Assembly: GCF_006345805.1 (NCBI RefSeq)
Contig: NC_042997.1
Span: forward strand, 127,720,001-127,784,000
Source: Octopus sinensis
Taxonomy: Eukaryota
Direction of reading: 5' to 3'
Length of the DNA: 64,000 nucleotides
The notes beneath the pieces are model-generated. The model was not told the origin of the DNA. It searched no databases and saw nothing but the letters and a program-made list of their open reading frames with translations. The position numbers and the translations under genes were made by a program. Each line of letters begins with the position of its first letter. Position 1 is the first letter of the stretch. Below, one piece after another: positions 11,493 through 23,497 of the stretch.

Positions 11493-11895
11493 CATCATCG
11501 TTTAACATCCACTTTCCATGCCAGCATGGATTGGTTGATTTGACTGAAGGCTGACGAACCAGATGGCTGTATCAGGCTCCAATCTTGATCTGGCAGAGTT
11601 TCTACAGCTGGATGCCCTTCCTAACGCCAACCACTCTGAGAGTGTAGTGGGTGCTTTTATGTGCCACCAGTATGAGGGCCAGTCAGGCAGTACTAGCAAT
11701 GGCCATGCTCAAATGGTTTTTTTTATGTACCACCTGCACAGGAGCCAGTCCAGTGGCACTGGCAACGACCACAGTTGAATGGTTTTTCACATGCCACCAG
11801 TACAAGTGCTTGTAAGGCGACGCAGGTAATGATATCATGCTCAAATGGTGTTTTTAACATGCCATCGTCACAGAGGCCAGCTTGTTGCTCTGCAA
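11493..11895 (-). mobile_element. SINE/RTE-tail-type repeat (family D)
   Basis: catcatcgtttaacatccactttccatg...gagtttctacagctggatgcccttcctaacgccaacc; (CAT)n end. Confidence 0.6.
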
Positions 11896-11899
11896 CGAT

Positions 11900-11972
<73 letters not shown>

Positions 11973-12234
11973 AACAGTTAAAAGTACAGAGATAAATTTT
12001 TAGGAGTCTAAAATTTCTACTTAAATTTCCTCTCACCTGACTCTGCACATAACAAAGTTCAATCAATATGACATAATAACCTGGAACTTACCAAACAAGC
12101 TGTTTATAAGAATCACATTTAAAACACTGAGTGGATGTCACTTACAATATCATGGTAAACAATAATGGAATTGGTGCAATATTTTTATTTAGCAAATGAA
12201 AAAGCAGTCACTTGGTTTACACTGAACTACAGAA

Positions 12235-12425
12235 CGTAGATTACTTATTAGATGTATAGATTGGATGTTAGAAATGTAGATTACTTATTAGATGTATAGA
12301 TTAGTTGTTAGTAATGTAGATTACTTGTTGGCCATATAGATTTATTGTTAGATGTATAGATCTGTTGTGAGTAGTATTGATCTGTTGTTACATTTATAGA
12401 TCTGATGTTAGTAATATAGATTAGG
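12235..12425. repeat. Degenerate minisatellite, ~19-20-bp unit (tagattacttattagatgta-like)
   Basis: About ten diverged tandem units. Confidence 0.75.
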
Positions 12426-14004
12426 AACACAGAGTTACAGATAAGTTCATAGATATAAGAGTTCAAAGTTTATTAGCAATTAGAAATTCTGTTGAAATAG
12501 GAAATATCAATAACACTCTCTTTCATTGGCACAAAGCATCAAATTTATTTACAAGGTATGTAGGCATTTGAAGTGACCCCTTGTCCATATCTGTTATTTT
12601 ACTGATCCCAGTGTGTTGAAATACAATTTCAGCTCAAATAGGATTCATAACATAGATATTAAGGAACCAAATATTGTAAGGATTTTAGAGATCTCCTACC
12701 ATTCTTATTCTTTTGAACTCATAGAATATATTTTGTATAACATTGGAACAGTCGATTAAATTCCTCACAGGGACATGACTGATACTTTATATATTGACCC
12801 CAGAAGGATTAGAGGCTAAGTTGATCATGGCAGAATTTGAAATATATCTATGGATGAGTGCCAAAGAAGAAACAGTATATTATTGGTGTACCAGCCCAGT
12901 ATATCTTCTTGGAATCATAGCTGTAACTATTTCGCTTCATTTTCATCACTAAATGCTCTTGGGAAATGGCTGTATGTCCCAACATTTCATTCTACCACTT
13001 TAGTAAACATCTCAGTTCATCTGAATATAGAATAAATCAATAATAAATCTCCAAGAAGAAGAATGGAATATCATGTATCCAATTACATAAAATAGAAATA
13101 CAGTGGGTAACAGAAACGGAAATAAATTCATGGTAGTGCACCTCTATCAGTTGATATATTCTTTAGACAATCTTGTCAGAATACTTCTGGCATCAACAGT
13201 AACTAAAAGTTAATTTAAACACAAACAACATATTACAAAGGTTACTTGCAAATCCAGATGTACATACAGTATAAAATTGATGAAGCTATCCTTGATGCAT
13301 TATCATACAAAATTGCTGAGGCGCTCACATCGACAACAAATTACACTTTATAATGCATTACAAAAACAATAGATCAGTAAGCATGTACAAAAACAGAAGT
13401 ATTAATGCCAAAAACGGTTCTGAATGAACAAAAAAAACAAACTAATGTTATGTAGAAATTTATATTCCAACATGACAACTGCACAAGTCATAATATAGTG
13501 TATGTAATTGAAACCTGAATGAGTTTAAACAGATGCTTTATAATGCACTTGCAACTTCCAATGGGAAACATAATAGAACCCATTTCATTAGCAGACACAG
13601 GAAGAAACTAAATGGGAAGAGACAACAATAATTCTTCTCAAAAGCCATTTACAACAACTATAATAAGATGTTTGAAGCCATTGTACTATGAACAGAATCA
13701 CATTCTTTGGAAAAAAGATTGTGATCTTTATGTCCTGGACAAGACATTAAACTGCATTCAGTAGTAAGGTTCAGAAGTTCAAGAGTTTTGGAAAGTGAAG
13801 AGTTATCTCTTAGCCACCGCTACTTCTAGGTCTACTCTAGCTTGGGCTGATAGGACCTGTGAAGAGAATCAGTTATAGGTCAAATACCACAAATAGCATG
13901 TGTTCCTGGTGACTAAGGTATACAGGACTCAGAGGAGGGATAGCCTCTAGATACATGTCATGTAGGCCCACCTAAAAAATAAAAATAAATGTGCCCTTTT
14001 AAAG

Positions 14005-14220
14005 CCTGACCAGGCTCATGGGCCCGTTTTCCCGGTTTCTGTGACGTATCTGTTCCCCAGCTGGACGGGACGCCAGTCCATCGCAGTGTCACTCATTTTT
14101 GCCTGCAGCATGAAATGAAGTGTTTTGCTCAAGAACACAACGCGTTGCCCGGTCACGGAATCGAAACCACAATCTTACCATCATGATGCTGACACCCTAA
14201 CCACTAAGCCACGTGCCTCG
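14005..14220 (-). mobile_element. tRNA-derived SINE family C with ctgcgatggactggcgtcccgtccag central domain
   Basis: Minus-strand head gaggcacgtggcttagtggttagggtg...ggtttcgattcc; CORE-like gttcttgagcaaaacactt. Confidence 0.75.
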
Positions 14221-14941
14221 CCTAAGGGTTATACAAACTCTGTGCCACAAGGATAAGCTTAGACGAGCAGGAGACTAGCAAGAAACATGGTAAATAAACC
14301 AGCTGACAGTAATGGGAAACCACTGTTATATCTACCCCCCCCCCCCAAAAAAAAAAATCACAGATATTTAGACTTTGTTCTCAAGGTCTGTGATTGTTGA
14401 CACCTGTTGTGATGATACAGGGAGGAAAATAAAGATCATTCATGTATAACATCAACACCAGTTTACCTGATTGCTCTTGTTTTGCTTTAAGTAAGAATTT
14501 GTCAATGCCCATCACTCATATGGAAATAGATTCAGTGAGCCAATGAGGGAGAGCTTCCACATGGTGACTTTCCCTGCAAGAAGTAGCAACCAAATCTACC
14601 TCACATGAAACTGTGATGGCCTTAAGCAAGGAAGGGCTCACAAGATAATTAATCCGAGATAGTCTTAATGATGAGGTATTTTGGCTGAAATGCTTCTAAA
14701 TGTTCCTTCAGGCTGGTCTGTATTACGTGTATTTACTTTATATACATATATGAGTTGAAAACTATTTTTTAACATTTCACTTAATGTCTATGCAGCATGC
14801 AGGTATGGGCTGGAGAGTTATTAATATAGAAAGTTGGTATCTCAGCTACTAGCAGTTGAGACCTGCGTAATCTTGACGGCGATTTTAAATTTCATTATTC
14901 TCTTTAACCTGGGCAAAGCCGGGTACTTCTGCTAATATAAG

Positions 14942-15020
<79 letters not shown>

Positions 15021-15330
15021 GTGGAGGTGCAATGGCCCAGTGGTTAGGGCAGATTTCTCGCAGTCGTAGAATCACAGTTTCGATTCCCAGACCGGGTGCT
15101 GTGTCTATTGAGCGAAAACACCTAAAGCTCCACGAAGCTCCGGCTGGAGGTGGTGGCGATCCCTGCTGTACTCTTTCGCCACAACTTTCCTTCACTCTTT
15201 CTTCTGTTGGCCTGCTCGCTTAGCCAGTGGGGTAGTGTCATTTGAAGGCTAAAACAATGCGAAGCGCATTGTGACCAGCGATGTGTAGCAACGTCTGATT
15301 GCCTAGTCGGTCACAGTGATCACGGTGATA
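15021..15330 (+). mobile_element. tRNA-derived SINE family C
   Basis: ggaggtgcaatggcccagtggttagggcag...gtttcgattcccagacc A/B boxes. Confidence 0.8.
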
Positions 15331-15356
15331 TATATATGTATATATATATATATAAT

Positions 15357-15507
<151 letters not shown>

Positions 15508-15562
15508 TATTCAGCAGTATCACTGCCAAGTAGTGATCTTTAAGTAGTGAAAATATATTTGT

Positions 15563-15985
15563 ACATATTTTAACTTCTAAAGCCAAATTCACTGCAGCTC
15601 CCAGGGAGATACAATTCTCTTGATGGTAAAGGTCTAAAAACACCATATCTGCCCAGTATTGCTCCGTCGGATTTCTTGATGCAGCGTTAAACACTGCTTG
15701 TTACTGATACTGCTGAATTTCTCCTGATCTGACAGTCTAATAGTTAAACTCAGACAATGCTGATGGCTGTGTTTTAGCTAAAGCTATGGCTTTAAATCTG
15801 CCCAGAGTTACTTCAATTCAGCATATCCCATTGATAACAGCTAAAGAGCTAGAAACGTTGTGTCCAGGGATCCGACATGGTGCAACACTAGGCAGTTATG
15901 CTGCTGTTTTTACACCTTTTACCATAAGAGAGACTTTTTCTCCGCAGTAGCTGCAGGGAATTTACCTTTAGAAGTTGAAATATGT
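15563..15985. repeat. Diverged ~160-bp inverted repeat (15563-15719 / 15815-15985)
   Basis: ttagaagttaaaatatgt versus ttagaagttgaaatatgt and other colinear blocks; roughly 65-70% identity by eye. Confidence 0.65.
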
Positions 15986-16549
15986 CAAGCATTTGAACTA
16001 ACTTCACTTATACACACGCTTGCGTGCATATATGTGTGAGTTTGTGTACGTGTTCATCATAATATAACTTGACATGTGGGCCATATTTTCATAAATTGTT
16101 GATTGCAGATCACAAATATTTCGAGATATTCTCACAATATTCTTCGTTCAGTGGTGTCACCAACATTAACACTATCGAAGAATGTCCAAGATCTTTTCAC
16201 ACATAATATTGTATACTTTTCTGTTCCGACACAAAAATATCGTTTATGTAGTCTTAACACCAAATAAGAAACAGATGCAATGCAATCACCTTAACCGTAC
16301 AGTGTTTATTTTGTTGTTGTTCTTGCTGTTGATGTTGTTGTTGCTGCTGCTGTTGTTGTTGCCATTGTTGTTTAATCCCGAGTCGCTCTGAGGGAAGCAG
16401 ACCTTTGATCAAAAATGTTTCTACTACTACCATCCCGTCGTATGTATTATCCAAGCTTAATGTATATGGAACTACATCATCCTTTCTAGACAGTAGGATG
16501 TGAGTTATAGAGCGATTTGAATTTTTATAGCAGGTCAAATGCCCTCATT

Positions 16550-17250
16550 AAGAAAACATTTTCTGTCACATTGTCCTTCTTGAACACTGATCCCTTTTGA
16601 TTTCGTGTCCCCTCTTTGGCTCATTATCTCACTTTATCTCGCATTCCCTCTTTAGTTTCCTGAATAGTTTTTACTATCATGCTATCAACTGTAGTTCTCA
16701 TCTATTTTGTTTCACCACTTACAAAGGAGGACTCGTATTTCAGTCTTTCCTTCACACGTTTCTTCAATAACGAATTTCAGTTTGGTAATGACTGCTCTGC
16801 CATACTTTTTAAAGTACAATTAGAGCATTAATACCAATCTGGTAAGATGGACCTCATTACAAACCAATTGCACCTCATTTACTCTGAATGTATTATACAC
16901 TTCCATCGTCTTACCTCATACTTCTACCTAAGTCTTTCCTTTCATAATCCCATTTCAGGGTTGTTTGATTTCTTTGGGCCACTTATCATAGCTCAAATCA
17001 ACAAGAAATCTCTTCTTTGTAAAGTTGTGCCATGACATCAAGATTGTTCTTCTACTACTGCAATATGGTTTAGGAACACGAGCCTTTTTCTCTAAATCCT
17101 CTTTCACTTCCAGTCCTTTGTACCATCACAAATAACTTGATTTTGGTTATCGTTTTAAGAGTGTCTCTTTATGGTGTTTGGTCGTCTTTCTTGTAGAACG
17201 CCACAAGATACCAGCAACAACTACTTAACATTCTTACATTGCTCGTATAT
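16550..17250 (-). mobile_element. Possible old LINE fragment
   Basis: Purine-rich, coding-like minus strand with many stops; no firm motif. Confidence 0.25.
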
Positions 17251-17328
17251 TTTTTCCTTCCATCATTCTGACAGATTCATACACAAGCAACGTCTTCATA
17301 TGACCCAACTCTTACTAACATTCGTCTA

Positions 17329-17367
<39 letters not shown>

Positions 17368-17394
17368 CTCTCTCTATCTATCTATCTATCTATC

Positions 17395-17475
<81 letters not shown>

Positions 17476-17977
17476 CTGTAAATCCTCGAGTATAATCCGC
17501 ATTTTTTCCCAAAATTTAAAGGTCAAAATCCCTAGTGCGTACTATATACGAGGATAAAAATGAAAAATATTTTCTAAGCAATGTCCGAGTCCCTATTTGC
17601 TGCCCGGCAATGTTTATTCGGGCACGGAAATACCTTAAGCTAAGCATGAAAGCAATGAAATTATAAAAGAATCATCTATAACTTGTAGTAAGCAACATTT
17701 ATTAAACTAAAAGTATTCAGAACACAGAATAACATGTAACAAAAACAATTTGCAAACATATTTACATTCCCATATAACAGTTAAGAACATCACCATTATT
17801 GCATTACACATGTGCAGAAGTGTTTGTTCGACTAGGAGCTGCTGGTTTAATTACGCACAACTCAAGTTAGAGAAGGGGTGCGTATTATACACAAGGTTTA
17901 GGTTTTTCAGAGGTACAGCCCCCTAAAAATCCCCTGCGTATTATACTCAAGGGCGGACTATACTCGAAGATTTACGG
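17476..17977. mobile_element. Tc2/pogo-like MITE
   Basis: TIRs ctgtaaatcctcgagtataatccgc / gcggactatactcgaagatttacgg; TA at both ends; subterminal tgcgtattatac repeats. Confidence 0.85.
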
Positions 17978-18837
17978 TATTTACGGATAAATACAATATA
18001 AGGTCGCTGAGTACATGATTAACAAGTCGCAGAATTATGTAATACCATTGTATCCGAAATGCGCGTGAGCTGATTAAATATGTATAATTCTTTCTTTTAT
18101 GTTTTCTACATACACACTTTCATAAATACATATAAATGAAGTGGGAGCGAGAGTGAGAGATTCGAAAATGATTATTCTAATATTTGAATATATTTGTGTA
18201 AGAATGTATGCATATATGTATGTGTATAGGTTGGTAGTATGTACAGTTAATATAATTTCATAGTTAGTGGTTTCACACATCGCCGACAAAGCGTTTTGTT
18301 CTGTTCTTCATTCCTTCAACGTTCCTTCTACTATAGTGTCTGCAATAATTAAAAACTGGCCAGTTAAACCCACACAAGCTTCGCCCAATCATCAATATAT
18401 TTTAGTCTAAGAGAGCTTTAAAAGGTTTTGAAACATCGACCCTAAAACACAGTAAAATGAAGCAATAAAATATAAAATTCTAAAAGCAGTCTTTTATGCA
18501 TCTTATTCTAATAAATAAATATTTAAAAATTTTTCTGAAAATGAGCGAGAGAGGATTGAAACGTCGGTGAAAGAAATAACGACTCTAGTTGTTTCGGTTT
18601 TAATTGACCAATCAATACATCAAAGAATCTCATTAAATAATCTTCACATGTTTTCAATGCAGGAACATATGTATCGATTAATTACATAGACAATGCATAC
18701 ATTTTATGTATGTAGTAAATATTACATACGTATAAGTGTATTTGTGAATATACAGAGTTCTGAGGACGGCACACATGCGTATTTCTACTTGTGTACACGT
18801 ATGTGCATGTGTGTATGAGTGTATGTATGTATGTGTA

Positions 18838-18918
<81 letters not shown>

Positions 18919-19001
18919 GAATCTATATTTGTGTGGTGTATGTGTATGCATATGCAAGCTTATATACATGCATACACACACACACACACACATATATATA
19001 C

Positions 19002-19032
<31 letters not shown>

Positions 19033-19223
19033 CATACATACACACACATAACAGACTTATTGCCATTTGTATAACTAACATTAGTAAAATATCCTCCATA
19101 AGGATGAATTTTACTTAATTATGCTGTTTCTATCCATAAGGCAAAACATTATGAAACTACTAACCTATGAAAAAAGAACAACAATAACACTAATAGTTAC
19201 CATTGTTATTATTATTAATATTA

Positions 19224-19261
<38 letters not shown>

Positions 19262-19264
19262 TAC

Positions 19265-19415
19265 AATTTTGGCTAAAGGTTAGTAATTTCGGGTAGTGGG
19301 TAAGTTGATTAGATCGACCCCAGTGCTTCTCTGGTACTTATTTAATAGACTTTGAGAGGATGAAAGGCAAAGTCAGTCTCGGAAGGATTTGAACTCAGAA
19401 TGTAAAGACTGACGA
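19265..19415 (-). mobile_element. SINE family A
   Basis: Family core on the minus strand. Confidence 0.7.
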
Positions 19416-19417
19416 AA

Positions 19418-19485
19418 TGCTTTCTTCTTCTTCTTCTTCTCTTCTTCTTCTTCTTCTTCTCTTCTTCTTCTCTTCTTCTTCTCTT

Positions 19486-19516
<31 letters not shown>

Positions 19517-19522
19517 TTATTA

Positions 19523-19565
<43 letters not shown>
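19418..19565. repeat. Compound (CTT)n(TTA)n microsatellite at the 3' end of the Dong-like LINE
   Basis: Direct inspection. Confidence 0.9.
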
Positions 19566-19570
<5 letters not shown>

Positions 19571-21553
19571 TTAGTACATTTATTTTTATAGTGTGCTTTC
19601 ACTTCACTACCGAGGGCAGCTCTGTGTGCATTGAGTATGTGCTGTGATTTGTTGTGATGATCTGATGGTTATTGTATGGAAAGTGTTCTGCGTAGGATGT
19701 GTGCAGTGCCTAGTAGTGCAATTTTCTGTATGTTATATGTGTTTGTAAGTCCTGGTGTTTTTGTTATGTATTTGTCTGAATATTTTTTTATCATGCCTAA
19801 TGCACCTACTATGATAGGAATTGTTTCTGTTTTTAGATTCCACATTCTGGTTACCTCTATTTCCAGATCTTTGTATTTTGAAAGTTTCTCCATTTCTTTT
19901 AGAGACACGTTGTCATATGCCGGTATTGATACATCAATTAGAAAGCATTGTTTTTCTTCATGATCCCTGACAACTATATCTGGTCTGTTGGCCTTAATTT
20001 CTCTATCTGTGTGTATCGGCATATCCCAGAGTATGGTTGCTTTCTCGTTTTCTGTGACCTTTTCTGGTGTGTGCCTATACCATCTTTTTTCTGTTGTTAT
20101 TCCATAATGTTGGCATAGCTTCCAGTGTATGTAGGTTCCAACTCTGTCATGTCTGTGAATATATTCCTTCTTAGCCAGGACTGGGCAGCCAGAGATAATA
20201 TGATTTATTGTTTCTTGTCCATCTCCACATATTCTGCAGTTACTAGTTATATTTCTTTCATTACATGTTTTTGGTAATTTCTGGTGGGGAGGCTTTGGTC
20301 TTGTGCTGCAATTAAAAATGCCCCTGTCTCTGCTTTGAGTCCTGAACTTCTCAACCATTGCTGGGATTTTTCTTTGTCTATTTCTTTTGCGTTTAGTTTA
20401 GTCCAGTATTTACCATGAAGGGGCTTTTCTTGCCATCGTTTTATCATGGTTCGTTGCTGTTCTATTTTTAGTTTGGATTTCATTTGTTTTATAGTTTTTG
20501 TTGTTTCTTTATCTTCTTCTTCTTTTTCATATTTATTAGGTGGTATGATTTCTTGTTTGTATTTGTCAGCTTCCTTAAATACTGAGAACAGTTTTTTGTT
20601 TTGCTCGTGTTTTGCCGCTATTTGTATCACTTTTCCTTCCTTCTGAAGTAGATATTTTTGCAGTCCTATGGTGGTTATTTTATAGTAGTTTTCCAGCTGT
20701 ATAAGGCCTCTACCTCCTTCTATACGTTGTATATATAGTCTTTCTATGTCAGATTTTGGGTGATGCATCCTAGATCCTGTCATTATTTTTCTTGATTTCC
20801 TATCTATTTTGGTCAGTTCATTTAGTGTCCAGTTAAGGATATTGTAGATGTAACTTATAACAGGGACAGCTAAAGTGTTAATACCTATTATCTTGTTTTT
20901 AGCATTGAGCTCTGTTTTTAGTATTGATCTAACTCGTCTATAATATTCTTTTTTTTATTTTCTCTTTCATTTGTGTGTGTTGTGTCTTATCTAGTTCATG
21001 GATTCCTAAGTATTTGTAAGTTTGGCTTTGGTCTAATTCTTTTATTTCATTGGTTTTATCTAGTGTGATGTTGCTACTCTTAACTAGTTTTCCTCTTTTC
21101 AGGGTTACTTTGGCGCATTTTTCTAATCCAAATTTCATATCTATTTCTTTGGTAAATCCATGAACTGTCTTTAATAGTGTTTCCAGCTGTTTGTCATTTG
21201 CAGCGTATAGTTTTAGGTCATCCATATATAAAAGATGGCTGATCGTTTTGCCGTAACATTTATATCCGCATCCAGTTCTATTTAGCATATCAGATAGAGG
21301 TGACAGTACCAAGCAGAAAAGGAGTGGAGAGAGCGTGTCTCCCTGGAATATTCCTCTTCTGATGGGGATGGCTTTGGTTTTCATGAGTCCCTCTTTTTTT
21401 TTGGAGCTGTAGCACTGTTTGCCATTTATTCATAAAGTGCCCTATGAATTTTATAATTGTTGGTGCTACTTTGTTAATGGCTGTGTTTCGAGGATCCATG
21501 TGTGGGGGATGCTATCATTTCGAGGATCCATGTGTGGGGGATGCTATCATTTC
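19566..21553 (-). mobile_element. 5'-truncated R4/Dong-clade non-LTR retrotransposon (RT + CCHC + RLE), frameshifted
   Basis: RT motifs DSIPHTW, GIFQGDTLSPLLF, LYMDDLKL, YKYLGI; CRICGDGQETINHIISGC zinc knuckle; RPDIV...IDVSIP...EK-SKY...IVGALG endonuclease; ends in (TAA)n. Confidence 0.92.
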
Positions 21554-21554
21554 G

Positions 21555-22520
21555 GCGGTGGCGGCGGTGGTGGTGGTGGTGGTCTTTCAGCATTCTCATT
21601 TCCACTGCATGTTCTCTCTGGACGACTGAACGAAGCTCCATGTACGTCAGATAAGGGCAATGTTTGGTGTTGGCTGTTTCTATTGTACTGAAAGCGCTCT
21701 GCGTAATGTGTGACCCGCTTAGTGTTATTTTCTGTATACTTTGCATGTTTGCAAGTCCTGGTGATCTAGTTATATATTTATCTACACTTTCATCATACCC
21801 AAATCATCTATTCAAGAGCGTAGCCAGATTTTAAAGTCAGTGGGAACTAGCAAATTACAAAAATGCGGTGTAACATATACCAAATGATTTTTAACTCATT
21901 GATTATACGTTTTATAAAAGGTGCCAATCTAAAAAAAATGTGCTCGATGTTGATCCCTTGGCTCCCCTATTAGCTACGCCACTGTATCAATTATTATAGA
22001 GATTGTTTCTGCTTTCAACCAATCGTTTTGTCTTAATGTCCGGATCTTCATTCATTTTATCCCAATATCCAGATCTTCATGACTGGATATATATTTGAGA
22101 TATATATTTTTGTTTGTAGGGATGGTACTTCAATTAGAATGTACTTTTTCTTTCTTCTGTACTTTTGCAACAATTCTAGCAAATTAGCCCTGCCTATATA
22201 TAATGACATGCCAAAGTATAGTATGTTTTTCATGTCGGAAACTTTTCTATAGTATGCTAATATCATCTCTTTTCTGTTAGTGTTTCGTAATACTCGCATG
22301 ACCAAACTCTGGCATACCTGTGGATGTATTCATTCATAACCCTGCTCATAATAATGTGACTAATGTTTTGTTTCATAATCTCTACAAATTCTGGAGTTAC
22401 TATATTCAGTTTCTCATTTATGCTTTTGGTAGTTCTATTGGGTTGGCTTTGATGCACTACATATAAGTTATTATAAAGAAAACACTTCCAATCTACCTTA
22501 AACTGTCTAAACGTAGAAGT
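21555..22520 (-). mobile_element. Older decayed R4/Dong-like 3' fragment directly upstream of the younger copy
   Basis: NYQKH...SRICRD, EYIHR, EKHTILW, LKAETISIII, LGMMKSVDKYITRSPGL..IQKITL are colinear with the younger element's C-terminus. Confidence 0.7.
21813..21984. mobile_element. hAT-like MITE inserted in the older Dong copy
   Basis: Termini caagagcgtagcc / tagctacgccactg; degenerate 8-bp TSD catctatt / tatcaatt. Confidence 0.55.
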
Positions 22521-22958
22521 GGCAATAAGAAAACGTATTACACGCTTCACACCACCATACGACATTAATGTGGTTACACATATCGCGTAAACCTTCTTCC
22601 TTTACAATAAAACTATTTTCTTCCGCAACATAAGTATATGCAGTTATTCCTAGCTTTAGCTGGAATTTAGCCACGTCTAACTTACACAAACTCAACGAAA
22701 ATGAAAACGATCATCACAGCAGTAATAACTGCTTAGAATGTAGCCTATAAATATATAGTCAGCGCTAATAACTCCTTTACATACTACTTGACTTCCAGCT
22801 CCAAATACAAGCACACTTTATATACATTACAGCTAGTTCCTGGCATGTTCTCGAACGAAACATAACGCCTCTTGTTGTACTCACTATTTTAATTAAGCAC
22901 ATGCATGTGTGTCTGACATGTATATATACATATATACATACATACATATATATATACA

Positions 22959-23003
<45 letters not shown>

Positions 23004-23072
23004 TATGCATTTTTGCGTAATGAGATAAAAAACCCAAGGCTGTATAGATATTAGAGCATTTATAGATAGAAG

Positions 23073-23124
23073 GTCTTACAGCTGTTTCTAGGATATCAAT
23101 TAATAATATCCCTTCATCGGAGAC
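23073..23124 (-). ncRNA. Minimal type-I hammerhead ribozyme motif (U4C variant), copy 1
   Basis: gtct-CCGAUGA-a-gggatat/atatcct-a-GAAA-CAGCUG-UA-agac. Confidence 0.6.
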
Positions 23125-23189
23125 GGTGTGAGAGGAAAAATTAATACATAGTTAGTTTTGATAGGTCTCAATGACACCATTATCTCTCT

Positions 23190-23246
<57 letters not shown>

Positions 23247-23309
23247 TTTTTGCGTAATGAGATAAAAAACCCAAGGCTGTATAGATATTAGAGCATTTAT
23301 AGATAGAAG

Positions 23310-23361
23310 GTCTTACAGCTGTTTCTAGGATATCAATTAATAATATCCCTTCATCGGAGAC
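23310..23361 (-). ncRNA. Minimal type-I hammerhead ribozyme motif (U4C variant), copy 2
   Basis: Identical to copy 1, 237 nt away. Confidence 0.6.
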
Positions 23362-23424
23362 GGTGTGAGAGGAAAAATTAATACATAGTTAGTTTTGATA
23401 GGTCTCAATGACACCATTATCTCT

Positions 23425-23497
<73 letters not shown>

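Larger units (their letters stand above)
10514..12178. repeat. ~160-bp inverted repeat pair (10514-10674 / 12023-12178)
   Basis: Arms reverse-complementary (gtttataagaatcacatttaaaaca core), roughly 80% identical by eye. Confidence 0.75.
23007..23427 (-). repeat. Direct tandem dimer: 184-bp unit plus (TA)n spacer, period 237 bp
   Basis: Units 23007-23190 and 23244-23427 appear identical. Confidence 0.9.

Noticed and set aside
12235-12425. CRISPR-like periodicity, also considered for recurring SINE cores
   Set aside because: No constant repeats with unique spacers, no cas genes, and a eukaryotic context.
15520-16000. Possible mitochondrial insertion (frame with several TGA codons)
   Set aside because: TAA/TAG stops remain under the invertebrate mitochondrial code and there is no resemblance to mitochondrial proteins.
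22040-22700. GPCR-like hydrophobic plus frame and Ulp1-like LRQNDWLKAETI on the minus strand
   Set aside because: The plus frame has many stops, and the minus frames align with the Dong-like RLE domain next door.
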